Positions 10,570 to 20,760 of a stretch of 64,000 nucleotides of DNA are shown piece after piece. The notes below the pieces were generated by a model. That model was not told where the DNA came from, did no database searches, and was given only the letters and a program-made list of their open reading frames with translations. Source of the stretch: Blastocladiella emersonii ATCC 22665 (Eukaryota > Fungi > Blastocladiomycota); assembly GCA_025594325.1 (NCBI GenBank), contig JANHCV010000013.1, positions 1,178,001-1,242,000 on the forward strand, read 5' to 3'. Positions within the stretch are counted from its first letter, which is position 1; the number at the start of each line of letters is the position of its first letter. Position numbers and translations under genes: made by a program.

Positions 10570-13500
10570 ATGGGGGGAGGAACCTCGGACTCGGCCCCGG
10601 CCCGCGCATCTGGCCCCGCCGCCGGCGATGCACCACCACTACCGCCGTTGCCATCCACCACCGGCACCTCTTCCTCAACACGGTCTCGATTTCCTCGTTC
10701 ATTCTCAAAATCTGAAGCCAAGACCGCCACTTCGACAGCCATCCTGCACCTTCGGTTTGGCCACGCCGGCCGCAACGCGCTGCGCAAGCTCTTCAACCCG
10801 ATCTACCACCTCTTCTCCGAGCACAAGTCGCACCTGGCCGACAAGACGCTTGACGACGACTGCTTCATCTGCAAATCGTCCAAGGAGGTGTTCCAGTCGC
10901 TCCCATCCACGGGCAACACCACCAACGCCCCACTTGAGCTGCTCCAGGTGGACTTAAACGTCATCAATTACGCGCTGTCGCACATCCACGGCTACCGCTA
11001 CGTCATGGCCGTGCACAACGACTTCTCCCGGCTCGCGTGGCTCGTGCCGCTCAAGAAGAAGAGTGAGGCCGCCCAGAAGCTCCGCCACCTCATCAACCGC
11101 ATCAAGCGCGACCTGTCGCACAAGGTCGTCCACCTGCGCTGCGACGGCGAGGGCTCGTTCCGCAGCAACTCGTTTGTGTCGTGGTGCAGCACCATGGGCA
11201 TCCAGCTCAAGCCGACGGTCCCTGGCCACCACGGCGGCAACGGCTCGGTTGAGCGCCTGTTCCGCACGCTCAACGAGCGCGTCTGCGCCTACCTCCAGCA
11301 CGTCAACCGCCGCCTCGTGTTCAACCAGACCCCGCGCGCCGGCCTCAACTGGAAGACGCCGTACGAGGTCCTCTATGGCCGCGTGCCTAACCTTGCCAAC
11401 ATCCGCGCGTGGGGCGTCACTGCGCTCGCGCCGCCGCGGCACGGCACGCACGTGCGCAAGCTTGACCCATCAGCGCGCCCGTATATCTTCCTCAGCCACA
11501 GCGACAACGAGGCCAAGACGCACGTCATGCTCAACCTGCAGACCAAGCGCATTGTGCGCGTCCGGCTCGCCGTGTTCGACAAACGAGCGCTTGTCAAGCG
11601 CGCCATGTCGAGCGTGGAAGCCTTCCACCGCCTCTTCAAGGACTATGAGACGCAGTACACCAAGGATGACAGGGCTTGTCAACTCCCCGGCGACGACGAG
11701 TACTTGCCCTCGCAGGACGGCACCCAGTACAACAAGGGGTTCGACTCCAAGGAGGAGGTCAACCAGTTCCTGTACGAGATCAACGGGCCAACCGCGTCCG
11801 GCGGTGCACGCGTACACGCGCCCGGTCCCGCGCCGCGCGCCGAGTCGCCGATCCCCAGTCCCGCACCGCGCGCTGAGTCGCTGATCCCCAAGATCGCGCC
11901 GCGCGCTGAGTCGCCGATCCCTGAGATCGCGCCACGCGTCGATCCGCCGGCACCCGAGATCGCGCCGCACGGCGACCCGCCAATCCCCGCACGTTTTGGC
12001 GACCTCGTATATGACAAGAAGACGGACTCGTACCGGTACCCGCCCACGTCAACCAGAACGCGCATCGGCCGCACCCTCGCTCGGCCCATGCTCAACCTTG
12101 TGCTGCCCGACCCGTTCGCGGCTGTGTCGCTGTTCCACGCCCCACGTAAACAGGCCACCAACATTGTCGCCACCGCGACGGCCCATCCGTCGCAGCTCAC
12201 CACCGGCGTGTCCCAGTCGGTCATGTTCACCATGATCGACGTGCCACGCAACTACCGCGACGCGTGCAAGTCCGAGAACTTCACCAAGTCGTTTGCTGCG
12301 CAGAACACGGAGCTCACGGCGCTGATCAACAACGGCACCTGGATTGTGATCAAGAAGGCCGACGTCCCCGCCGGCGAACGCATCATCGGCTTGCAGTGGG
12401 TCTACGCATACAAGGCTGCCAAGGACATCTTCAAGGCGCGCCTCGTTGCCCGAGGAGACCAGCAGCGCGTCGGCCTTGACGTCAATAACTGCTACTCGCC
12501 CACGGTCTTGTACGCGTCAATCTGCACCTTCTTTGCCGTCACCGCGTCACGCAGGTGGCGTATCCACTCCATGGACGTCTCAAACGCGTACGTCCACGCT
12601 GACTTGCCCAAGCCCGTGTACATGTACCCGCCACTGGGCATTGGCGCCGCGCCTGACGACGTGTTCCTCCTCAAGAAGTCGCTCTACAGTCTCAAGAACG
12701 CCGGCCGCGAGTGGTACTTGTTACTCTCGTCCGAGGTCGAGAACCTTGGGTTCAAGCGCACAACGGCCGACCCGTGCATGTTCTTGCGCAAGCTCGACGG
12801 CTCCGTGACCAACCTCATGTGCTACATTGACGACCTCCTCATTGGCGGCGACAACGAGCTGCAGGTCAAGCGCGTCAAGTCCGACCTCGCCAAGGTCTTC
12901 ACCATCAAGGACCTTGGTCCCGCCAACTCGTTTTTGAACATGGAGGTGGTCCAACACAACGACTACATCTGGATCAGCCAGTCGCGGTACATCAAGGACC
13001 TTGTTGAGCAGTGGGGCCTTGAACCGCCCAACACCCAGGTCCCCATCTCGCGGCTGCCTGAGTTGGGCCTCACCAACTCCATGGTCGCCTCGACCAACTA
13101 CAACGGCAAGGTCCCAAACGCCAGCGACGACAGTGACACGGAGTACAACGAGTCGCAGGCCGACGCGTCCCGCACAACCAGCGCCCTCGACGCAGATCGG
13201 ACCCGCAAGTACCAGTTGGTCCTCGGCGCCCTGCTCCACCTCGCCACCGTGTTGCGGCCCGACATCGCGTTTGCAGTCGGTGTTGCGGCTCGCCGCGCAT
13301 CGTGCCCGACGTTTGACAACTGCAAACTGCTCGCCCAAATCTCGCGCTATGTGACCAGCACGCCCGATCCGGGGCTCAAGTACACACGCGGCGCCTCGAT
13401 CGCCAACTCGCTCCAGTGCTTCGCCAACGCCGATTACACCGGCGACAAGGCGACGTGCCGCTCGACCTCGGGCGTCGTGATCCTGATCGCAGGCGCCCCC

Positions 13501-13908
13501 GTCGCGTGGATCTCCAAGCGCCAGGCATGGGTCGCGCTGTCAATGGTCGAGTTGGAGCTCAACGCCGCCACCGAGGCAACGCGCGAGATCGTCTGGATCA
13601 AGGACCTGCTCGAGCAGATGACGCACACCACGCTCGGCACGATCGTCCTGCAGGAGGACAACGCGCCGCTCATTGCCACCACCGACAACACCGTTGCTGT
13701 GTACCGCTTGGTCAAGCACGTCACGGTCCGCATCGCCTTCATCCGCGAGAAGGTTGACACGGGCGTGATCTTGATCAACAAGGTCGCGTCCGAGAACAAC
13801 CTCGCCGACTTCTTCACCAAGCCCATCGTGAGCACGTTCAACTGGGCCGTGTCCCGACTCGGCCTTCACCTGCACCCGCTTGCCAAGCGCGACATCATCA
13901 AGGCGTAG
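10570..13908 (+). CDS. Copia pol (integrase, reverse transcriptase, RNase H) without recognisable gag or protease
   Basis: HLRFGH...CFIC zinc finger; rve D-D-E (VDL, RCDGEG, VERLF); RT motifs KARLVARG, LKKSLYSLKNAGREW, CYIDD; RNase H FANADY...EDN...NLADFFTKP. Confidence 0.93.
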   Translation: MGGGTSDSAPARASGPAAGDAPPLPPLPSTTGTSSSTRSRFPRSFSKSEAKTATSTAILHLRFGHAGRNALRKLFNPIYHLFSEHKSHLADKTLDDDCFICKSSKEVFQSLPSTGNTTNAPLELLQVDLNVINYALSHIHGYRYVMAVHNDFSRLAWLVPLKKKSEAAQKLRHLINRIKRDLSHKVVHLRCDGEGSFRSNSFVSWCSTMGIQLKPTVPGHHGGNGSVERLFRTLNERVCAYLQHVNRRLVFNQTPRAGLNWKTPYEVLYGRVPNLANIRAWGVTALAPPRHGTHVRKLDPSARPYIFLSHSDNEAKTHVMLNLQTKRIVRVRLAVFDKRALVKRAMSSVEAFHRLFKDYETQYTKDDRACQLPGDDEYLPSQDGTQYNKGFDSKEEVNQFLYEINGPTASGGARVHAPGPAPRAESPIPSPAPRAESLIPKIAPRAESPIPEIAPRVDPPAPEIAPHGDPPIPARFGDLVYDKKTDSYRYPPTSTRTRIGRTLARPMLNLVLPDPFAAVSLFHAPRKQATNIVATATAHPSQLTTGVSQSVMFTMIDVPRNYRDACKSENFTKSFAAQNTELTALINNGTWIVIKKADVPAGERIIGLQWVYAYKAAKDIFKARLVARGDQQRVGLDVNNCYSPTVLYASICTFFAVTASRRWRIHSMDVSNAYVHADLPKPVYMYPPLGIGAAPDDVFLLKKSLYSLKNAGREWYLLLSSEVENLGFKRTTADPCMFLRKLDGSVTNLMCYIDDLLIGGDNELQVKRVKSDLAKVFTIKDLGPANSFLNMEVVQHNDYIWISQSRYIKDLVEQWGLEPPNTQVPISRLPELGLTNSMVASTNYNGKVPNASDDSDTEYNESQADASRTTSALDADRTRKYQLVLGALLHLATVLRPDIAFAVGVAARRASCPTFDNCKLLAQISRYVTSTPDPGLKYTRGASIANSLQCFANADYTGDKATCRSTSGVVILIAGAPVAWISKRQAWVALSMVELELNAATEATREIVWIKDLLEQMTHTTLGTIVLQEDNAPLIATTDNTVAVYRLVKHVTVRIAFIREKVDTGVILINKVASENNLADFFTKPIVSTFNWAVSRLGLHLHPLAKRDIIKA

Positions 13909-13926
13909 GCTCCCCCTCGACCGGCA

Positions 13927-13936
13927 GTTGGGGGAG
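13927..13936 (+). promoter_or_regulatory. Polypurine tract
   Basis: GTTGGGGGAG immediately precedes the 3' LTR start AGTT at 13937. Confidence 0.85.
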
Positions 13937-14261
13937 AGTTCAAGTACACACGCGCACGCTGGCCCAACCGCGAGAGACGCGTCGGGCAATCATGCGAGTG
14001 GCACGCGCCGGCGGCGCCACACTTCCAGTCACCGCCTGCGGACTGCCTCGCCGCGGGGTCGCACGCTCACCTCAAGCGAGCGTCTCCGCTCCCTCTGGTT
14101 TTGTTCGAGATCGCTGCTACTATTAGCCGTCGTTATACACCCTTTCCTCCCTTCTGCGTCTACCTCCTTCGCCGTGTCCATCACCGTCTCCGTCATCTCC
14201 TCAGCCTTCCGTGCATCGTGCTCAACCTTCCTCTCGCACCCTGCACCTGTACGCTTCAACT
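13937..14261 (+). repeat. 3' LTR
   Basis: 325-bp direct repeat of 6803-7127, followed by TSD GGCGG. Confidence 0.95.
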
Positions 14262-14924
14262 GGCGGGAGGGGAGGGGCGAACGTGGAAGCCGTGAGCTTG
14301 AGCAAGCCTCCCCTCAGTCAGAACCCCTTTGGTCGCCAGCCTGTCACGTGGCGCAGCTGTCACGTCTCAAGTGTGGCGCAGCGCGTCTTTGGCAACTCAC
14401 GTCGAGGTCCTACCCGTGTTGCCTAGGCTGAACCATCGAAAGCAAATGCAGGGTGAGCGGTAGTGACTCATGCATGTACGCAACAAGGAATTCTGTGTCC
14501 AATCAACCAATACATGCGCAATCGATCAATAATCAAGAGCGGCGCCGCGGTCATTGTTGATGCCGAAGAAGGAGGCAGGAGACAAGTAGTCAGGCATGCC
14601 TATTTCCTGCCTTCGGCCTCGAACCCAAGTCGGGGAGAGGGGAGAATGGATGGCAATGCAGGGCGCATCACAGCGGGGTACGGCGGCGCGGGAGCGAGGG
14701 TTGCGGGCGGCTCACGCGAGATCAGTTAATCAATCACCGCGGTCACGGCAGCATGAACGACACGCAACAGTCATGACCTCACAAATCTGGACCGGACGCT
14801 CACGAAAGGTGCTGAGGACGGTGGGCTCCACTCGCGCGGGCTGCGCGGTTTTTCCATGGCGCCGACGCGAGCGAAGCCCGCCAGCGCGGTGCGGGAAAGA
14901 GCTCGTCGCAAAATAAACCGAAGT

Positions 14925-15953
14925 TCACGAGCTCAACCTTGGCCTGCAGCTCGAAAAGCAAAATGCTTGCAGTCTTGTCCGTGTACCGGTAACGTGAAAG
15001 TTTGAATTACTTGAGTCAATGAAGCACTGCGGGGCGACGTCGCCTTTCTCGCTGTCTTTGCTGTCACAGCTGGCGAATCCGAGCCCCTTGACGGGTTCAA
15101 AAGTAATCGGTGTGATGGTCTTGATTCTAGGTTGTTCATGCTCGACCGCGTAGATGAAGCACTCGCGGCCAAACTCGTTGGGCATGTGCAGTGGCGTACT
15201 GCGCCATCCCGAGGGTTATCACTCGTGCGAAACGCAGGCGGACTCATTGCCCGCTGGTCCGCGCGTGATATTCCGCTGAAGCTAAGGTGGTCCGCCCGCC
15301 GCTGCTCCAACGCCCGCTACCACCAGCCTAAACCTAACCGTCAAACAACTGCTGCAATCAATCACCCTTGCCGCTTTCACCGCCAACAACGACGGTGGCG
15401 CCAAGGGCAAGGGAATAGGCAAACGAAAGGCACGGCGACGGCAAGGTGCAAACCAAGGTCGACGCTTAGGGCGCCGATTGCAAAACGATGCCCATCCGCT
15501 AACCCCACCGAGTCGAACGGTTGCACCTACCCCATGGCGGGAATCGAGGTCCGCTTTCTGTTTGACGCGCACGCGTCGCAGCTCAGCATGATGTCCAGGA
15601 TCGTTGCCGCGCTGAGTGTCGGTTCCAGCGCAAAAATCGAGTTGCCCGCAGGGCCCGATAAGTCACTCGCGTCGCTGCACACAGCGCTCTCTCGGCGCAA
15701 GGCCGAAACGAGCTGTTATCGCCCCGTATAGCGTCCGGAGCGGATGGCATAACTTGATTCGATTCAAGGCGCTTGCGTCAGACTGGTAGAAAGATTCCCA
15801 TATGCGCTCATGAAGAGAAGATAGCAAGACAGCGTGGCGCAGCCGAGGGAACTCAGGGGCAACGCGAGGAACGGGAAGCGGGTCCGCGTAAACATCGTTG
15901 AGTGCGACGTGAACGAGCATGGTCTCGATGATCTCGATCGGCAACCGTTGCAT
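14925..15953 (-). pseudogene. Decayed F-box-like orphan gene, paralog of 17757-18320
   Basis: MQRLPIEIIETMLVHVALND..ADP.P matches MQRLPLELIEHTLVRVVLND..ADPQP. The frame closes after 96 aa; protein-like segments continue in other frames (e.g. FIYAVEHEQ in 14925-15185). Confidence 0.5.
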
Positions 15954-16174
15954 TAGCTGCCATCTCGGCCAGAGTGTGTTCCATGGACTCTAGCGTGTGA
16001 TTGAGGGAGCTGGGACGCCGTCGGATTGGCGAGGGCCGCACTTCAGCCACTCACGTTTCGCCCGCGTGATGCCGCGCAAACCAAGTTGCCTCGCACTCGG
16101 CTTCGTTTCAAGCGAGTCGGCCGCTTGGGCCCCCCGCACTCTCGACGACAACCCTCGCACATGCAACGAAAACA

Positions 16175-17609
16175 ATGAAAACAAATGACTCTATGCAATT
16201 TAATCTCAAGGCCATGGCGCACTTGGACCCTGGCGTCATGATCTTGCAGCTGGCCGCGCCGCGTTCTGCTGTGGCGGCCGCATCTCGGGCTCTCAGCGAA
16301 GCTTCGCACGACGCCTCAGTCGAGCTTATCTGGGGATTTCGCGCTATTTATCAGCGAGTCTCTTGGCGGCATCGAGTTGCGCTGTCCGACGTTGGCAGCA
16401 TGAGCTTGATTAACCGCCACCTCGGTGATGTCGAGGACTACAGCAATCGGCTTCATGAACTCGTCCTTACAAAGCACATTTCTCCTGCCTTGATCTCATG
16501 GATGCGTCTCGGGCTGCATCATATCTACATCACCCGCCCACCATGCTGTCTCTCTCGGACCACCTAACCGGACTTCTTGACTTTTTGGTACGGCCCGGCG
16601 AGAGTCAGACCAAGGTCTATGCCTCACGCTCTCCCGTACTCGTCCTCATTTCCCTCGGAATATTTTTCGTCGAGTTGAACCATCTGCGGATGCTCAAATA
16701 TCTCCTCGACACGATCCGCGTGTGCGTCCCCACACTGCTATCCGATTGACGCCTGCTTCCAACGCCTGGAACCAGCTTGCCTCGCTTTACGAACTGGGCA
16801 AGTTGCCGACTTTTCGTGGGAGCGAGATCAACATTTCGTTCCTTGAATGCCTCGCAACGTATGCAGTTCAGTACTTTCGCGACGAAGCGTTTGTGCTCAT
16901 CACTGCACCTCGATTCGGAATGGACGGCCGCTCGATTGTGTCCCACCTCCGCAATTCATTTGTCCAACTTAGCTTGAGCCGCAGGACTGTCAATGGTGCG
17001 GTCCCCATTACCGCCGTGGGCGTTCGAGCTATCTACGACTATCTTGTCGCTCACGGCTGGGATCCAAACGATTTGTACACATTTAGCAGCGGGTTTGCCT
17101 GCGAGGCCGCACTTGATCAATCGCCTGACGCCTACCTCGCAATTTACGAGTGCTTTGACCGCCCGTCTGACCTGGTCGCGACTCACGGTCCGAACCCGAA
17201 CCGTCAAGTCCGCAGCGTAGGCCTCCGCTACGTTTGGCGCAACGACGTGCTCAATTGGAGTGTGCTCAAGACAATCCACCGCTCTGGTCTACTAGGTCGC
17301 CCTGAACAATTAGCCATCATTTACGCACTACTTTGGCGTTCCAAGTACAAAGGCGAAGGCATGGACGAGACTGTCTTTGCTTTCGAGGAACTCCTCTCGC
17401 TGCTCGGTCATGATCGCCTCGCTTCTTTGTTGCGAACAGGTACCATAAATGCCGAATGGCTTCGATGCTTACGCGTTGACATTGACGGACGCTCACTCCC
17501 CAACGCTTTGCTGTTAGCACTCACCGTTCACTCGCCGGATGAATACCAGTTTTTCCAAACCGCGCACTTCCAAGACTTCGTAAACAAGCACGGATTGGTT
17601 TTTGCGTAG
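16175..17609 (+). pseudogene. Frameshifted orphan gene (three overlapping ORFs)
   Basis: ORFs 16175-16567, 16498-16749 and 16722-17609 overlap end to start in different frames. LRMLKYLLDTI resembles LRFVLDTI in the 5405-6775 ORF. Confidence 0.45.
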
Positions 17610-17756
17610 CCAACATAAGCCTGGCCGAACACAAGTTACCGCGCAGTCCTGGCGGGAAGCGCCATCAAGCGCAGCAGTTATGTATCAAATTGAATAGGTC
17701 TCTTAGTTTTCAACCCTTCGATTCTAGCACAGGAAGATCACCGTAGTGCTCGCGAA

Positions 17757-18320
17757 CTAATCAACTTCGTAAACGGTGGAAGCGTCGACCTCGATCTCAA
17801 GCTTGGACTCTGCCAACCAATCAATGACTCTTGTGAGTCCCGCGTCCGCGGCTGCATCAATGATCCGAGTCGTGTGGAAGTCGGCAAGGCGATCAGGAAT
17901 GAGCCGGTCAAACAAACCGGGCCCGGGGTGGTTTGAGTCCAGGGGCATATGATAGTGAACGTGTCGAAAGAGGTCGTCCGACTGGATCCACTGGTCGAGG
18001 AGATCCGCGCGGCTGCTGGCACATAGGAGCGCAAGGTACAGTGCGGCCTCATCATCCTCCGCTTTGTATAACTTTTGGCGATACTCGACAGCAGCGGCCC
18101 AAAGCTTTTCGTTTGGTCGTTGAAGCAAGTTCCACATGCGCCGGTGGAGAGAGAATTTCAAGACGACGCGGCGCAGTCGTGACAGGCCGGGGGCGACGTG
18201 AAGGAGCGGCTGCGGGTCCGCGTCACGGCGGTCATTCAGGACGACGCGAACGAGAGTGTGTTCGATAAGCTCAAGGGGTAGGCGTTGCATGATGTTTGAT
18301 CCGACTGCTTCGTGTTCCAT
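17757..18320 (-). CDS. Orphan F-box-like protein
   Basis: 187-aa ORF with MQRLPLELIEHTL N-terminal motif and a paralog at 15663-15953. Confidence 0.5.
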   Translation of the reverse strand: MEHEAVGSNIMQRLPLELIEHTLVRVVLNDRRDADPQPLLHVAPGLSRLRRVVLKFSLHRRMWNLLQRPNEKLWAAAVEYRQKLYKAEDDEAALYLALLCASSRADLLDQWIQSDDLFRHVHYHMPLDSNHPGPGLFDRLIPDRLADFHTTRIIDAAADAGLTRVIDWLAESKLEIEVDASTVYEVD

Positions 18321-18358
18321 GGTCGCTGAGTGTGGTTCGAGGGAGCGCGGACGCGATT

Positions 18359-20114
18359 AGAGGACCTGCGGGAAAAACGGCGCGGCCGCCGGAAAAAAAA
18401 GGCGCGACCTGAAACACGCGGAGCAGGTCACGCGCCGTGACCGCCGCGGTCGGTCGCCCACCGCGCTCCGCTCTCTTGACCCTTTCTCTCCTCCGCACGT
18501 CGTGCTGCACGCAAAATACACCGCTCTAACTCGATGAAACACAATGAATCAACAACAGAATTTCCATGCAGCACGTCGTCAGGCCGTGGCCATGGCACTT
18601 GCCGTCGCGGTCGTCTTCGCGCTGCATCAGCATGTGCGGCTTCTCATGACCCCACGCCCGCGTCCGCGCGGTCGGCAGCTGTGGCAACCCGCACCGTTTG
18701 ACTTCGATCAATTTGGCGATGCTGATTGCTGGGCCAAGTTCCGCTTCCAGCGCAATGACATCATCTACCTCGCGGAGCGACTCCTTCCTCGCTTCATCGA
18801 ACTTGGCGATCGGCACGGACCCGTCCCTCGCCTTGCTGCTCTTTGCGTTCTTCTTCGCCGCCTTTCTTACCCGTGCCGGCTGGGCGACCTCTGTACCGAA
18901 ATGCGCCTTCTCCACATCGTCAACTACCTGCAACGATGCCGTGGTGCTACGACACTCGCATCTCTTGGATCGGCTCCAAGCTCTTCCGCGGAAACCCGAC
19001 GGTAGTCACTACGTGCTGTCCGACTCGGCGTATCCTCAGTTTCCGACGCTTCGGACTCTGCCCCGTCGGGAGCTCACGCCCGAACTTGCGGCGTACAAGC
19101 GCGCGATGAGTTCGGCACGCTCAACGATCAAGTGGGGCTTTCGCTCAGTGCGTTCATCGACTACCGCAAGTACAACCAGATTTACAAGCACCCGCTCCGC
19201 GACTTGTACTTTATCGCGTTCCTGTTCACCAACCTCAAGACCTGTCTCTATCGCGGCAACCAAATCACTGGCAAGATCGGGATCCTGCAACCGACGGTCG
19301 GCATGTATCAGCGGCCACATTCAATTTGCTCTCTGAAACAGGCGCTGCTCTCTCATGCCCTTGTATGCTCGTGTATTAATATCGGTTTGATTCACGCCCG
19401 TTGTCCACGTTGGCGAGCGAGAGTCAGATTTCCCAAAACTTGAGCGCGAACAGCAGAAAAGCCCGCCCGTTCGTGTGTGAAGACGCAACCGTTTCAAGGA
19501 CGAGTCAAAGTACGAAGGGAATCGAGTTTATCCATGAGGCCCGAACACAGAGGAGGGAAGAGATGGGTATGAATGAACACGAGTGGCACGGACCGCCGCT
19601 TCACTGCGTGCGGCGGAACGGGAGAAGGGCGGCCTGGCTCTCCACCGTGTTTTCGAGCGTCTGGTTGCGGGCCTGCGAGAACACGTAGAGGCACTCGCGC
19701 TTGTAGGCCTCGGCCGCGCTTGCCTCCGCCTGGAGAAGCACAGGCGGCGGCGCGTGCGCGTCGAGCGACGAGAGCTGGTAGGCGCCCTCCGCTCCAGGCA
19801 CCACGAAGTGCACGATGACGAATGTCTCGATGCGCGGCGCCTCGCCACCCGCCGCTGCCCAGCTGGTGGGAACCTGTGCGTCGCGGCCGCGGGCCGACAA
19901 GACAAGGAAGTGCCTATCGCCTGCCCTCAGTTCGATCCTGACAAGAAGAGTGTTATTATGGCAGGCGGCAGCGCCGCTCCGACGCGTCCGAGTCGCGTCT
20001 CGCAGCGCGAGACAAAAATCGGCCGCGGTGATCACGGCGCGTGACCTGCCCCGCGTGTTTCAGGTCGCGCCTTTTTTTTTCCGGCGGCCGCAACGTTTTT
20101 CCCGCAGGTCCTCT
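18359..20114 (+). mobile_element. Internally deleted PHIS-superfamily (Harbinger/Pangu-like) DNA transposon, 1756 bp
   Basis: ~95-bp TIRs (18359-18452 and 20020-20114, starting AGAGGACCTGCGGGAAAAACG), 3-bp TSD ATT (18356-18358 and 20115-20117), DDE_Tnp_4-type transposase remnant inside. Confidence 0.9.
18544..19320 (+). pseudogene. DDE_Tnp_4 transposase remnant
   Basis: N-terminal HTH region (FRFQR...ALCVLLRRLSYPCRL.DL) joined out of frame to CNDAVVL...YVLSDSAYP...MSSARSTIKWGF. The region carrying the first catalytic Asp is absent, and the usual VEWGF reads IKWGF. Confidence 0.8.
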
Positions 20115-20289
20115 ATTGGCTCGAACCGACTTGTGCAGCGCTGAAGGCGGTGTGGCGTTGCGATGCGTGACCCTCACATGTTTTCCCGACGCGTCTCTCG
20201 CGCAGCTCGGGAACGTTCGCCCACCGTGCCTCAATCTTGGCCGAGTGCAATTGACGCTTTTCTCTAGCGTCCATCACACGTCTTTACTC

Positions 20290-20760
20290 AGCTTCCATCG
20301 CGCCGAGGGCCGCGGTCAACGTGGTTCATGCGACCAGCCCGATCCTGTCGCAGGGCAAGAACGCCCTCGGGCTCAAGATGCTGGTCAAGAAGATGTTCGA
20401 TGTTGCGGCCAAGAAGGGCGGCGCGTGCGTCATCAAGGTCGCCGCTAATTTAGCGTCGTCGTCATCAGTTTCGTGCACTGGCTGGTCGTGATCCCGCCAG
20501 GGCAAGGCGCTCGACGCCACGTCCGCGCTCAACGTCGCGCATGTGTGCGTGTCGCCGCTCCCGCTCAAATTAGCGCCGGCCGCGCAGCACGACGCCGTAA
20601 TTAAGCTACGTAACGCGTTCGGGAAGCAGGATAGCTGGTGCGACCGGTACGTCGGGTACAGCTTCTCCATGATGAAGCGGGTCAGCGCACACAGCGGGAC
20701 AATTACCGAGTACCTCGAGTTCTACCACACGGCCACAGCCGACCGAGGCGCGCGACGGCA
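20290..20760 (+). other. Possible spliced gene fragment of unknown identity
   Basis: GC3-rich, protein-like frames (PRAAVNVVHATSPILSQGKNALGLKMLVKKMFDVAAKKGG; KLRNAFGKQDSWCDR) with acceptor-like ends; no family recognised. Confidence 0.25.

Larger units (their letters stand above)
6803..14261 (+). mobile_element. Ty1/copia LTR retrotransposon (hemivirus-type PBS), 7459 bp, with non-canonical AG...CT termini
   Basis: Two 325-bp LTRs, 5-bp TSD GGCGG (6798-6802 and 14262-14266), PBS directly after the 5' LTR, PPT directly before the 3' LTR, pol order IN-RT-RNaseH. Confidence 0.96.

Noticed and set aside
11820-11985. 33-nt repeats (APRAESPIP) in pol
   Set aside because: Proline-rich repeats in the IN-RT linker are common in copia elements.
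19528-20044. Second (Myb-like) ORF of the PHIS element
   Set aside because: Several overlapping frames, none with a recognisable motif, so it cannot be supported.
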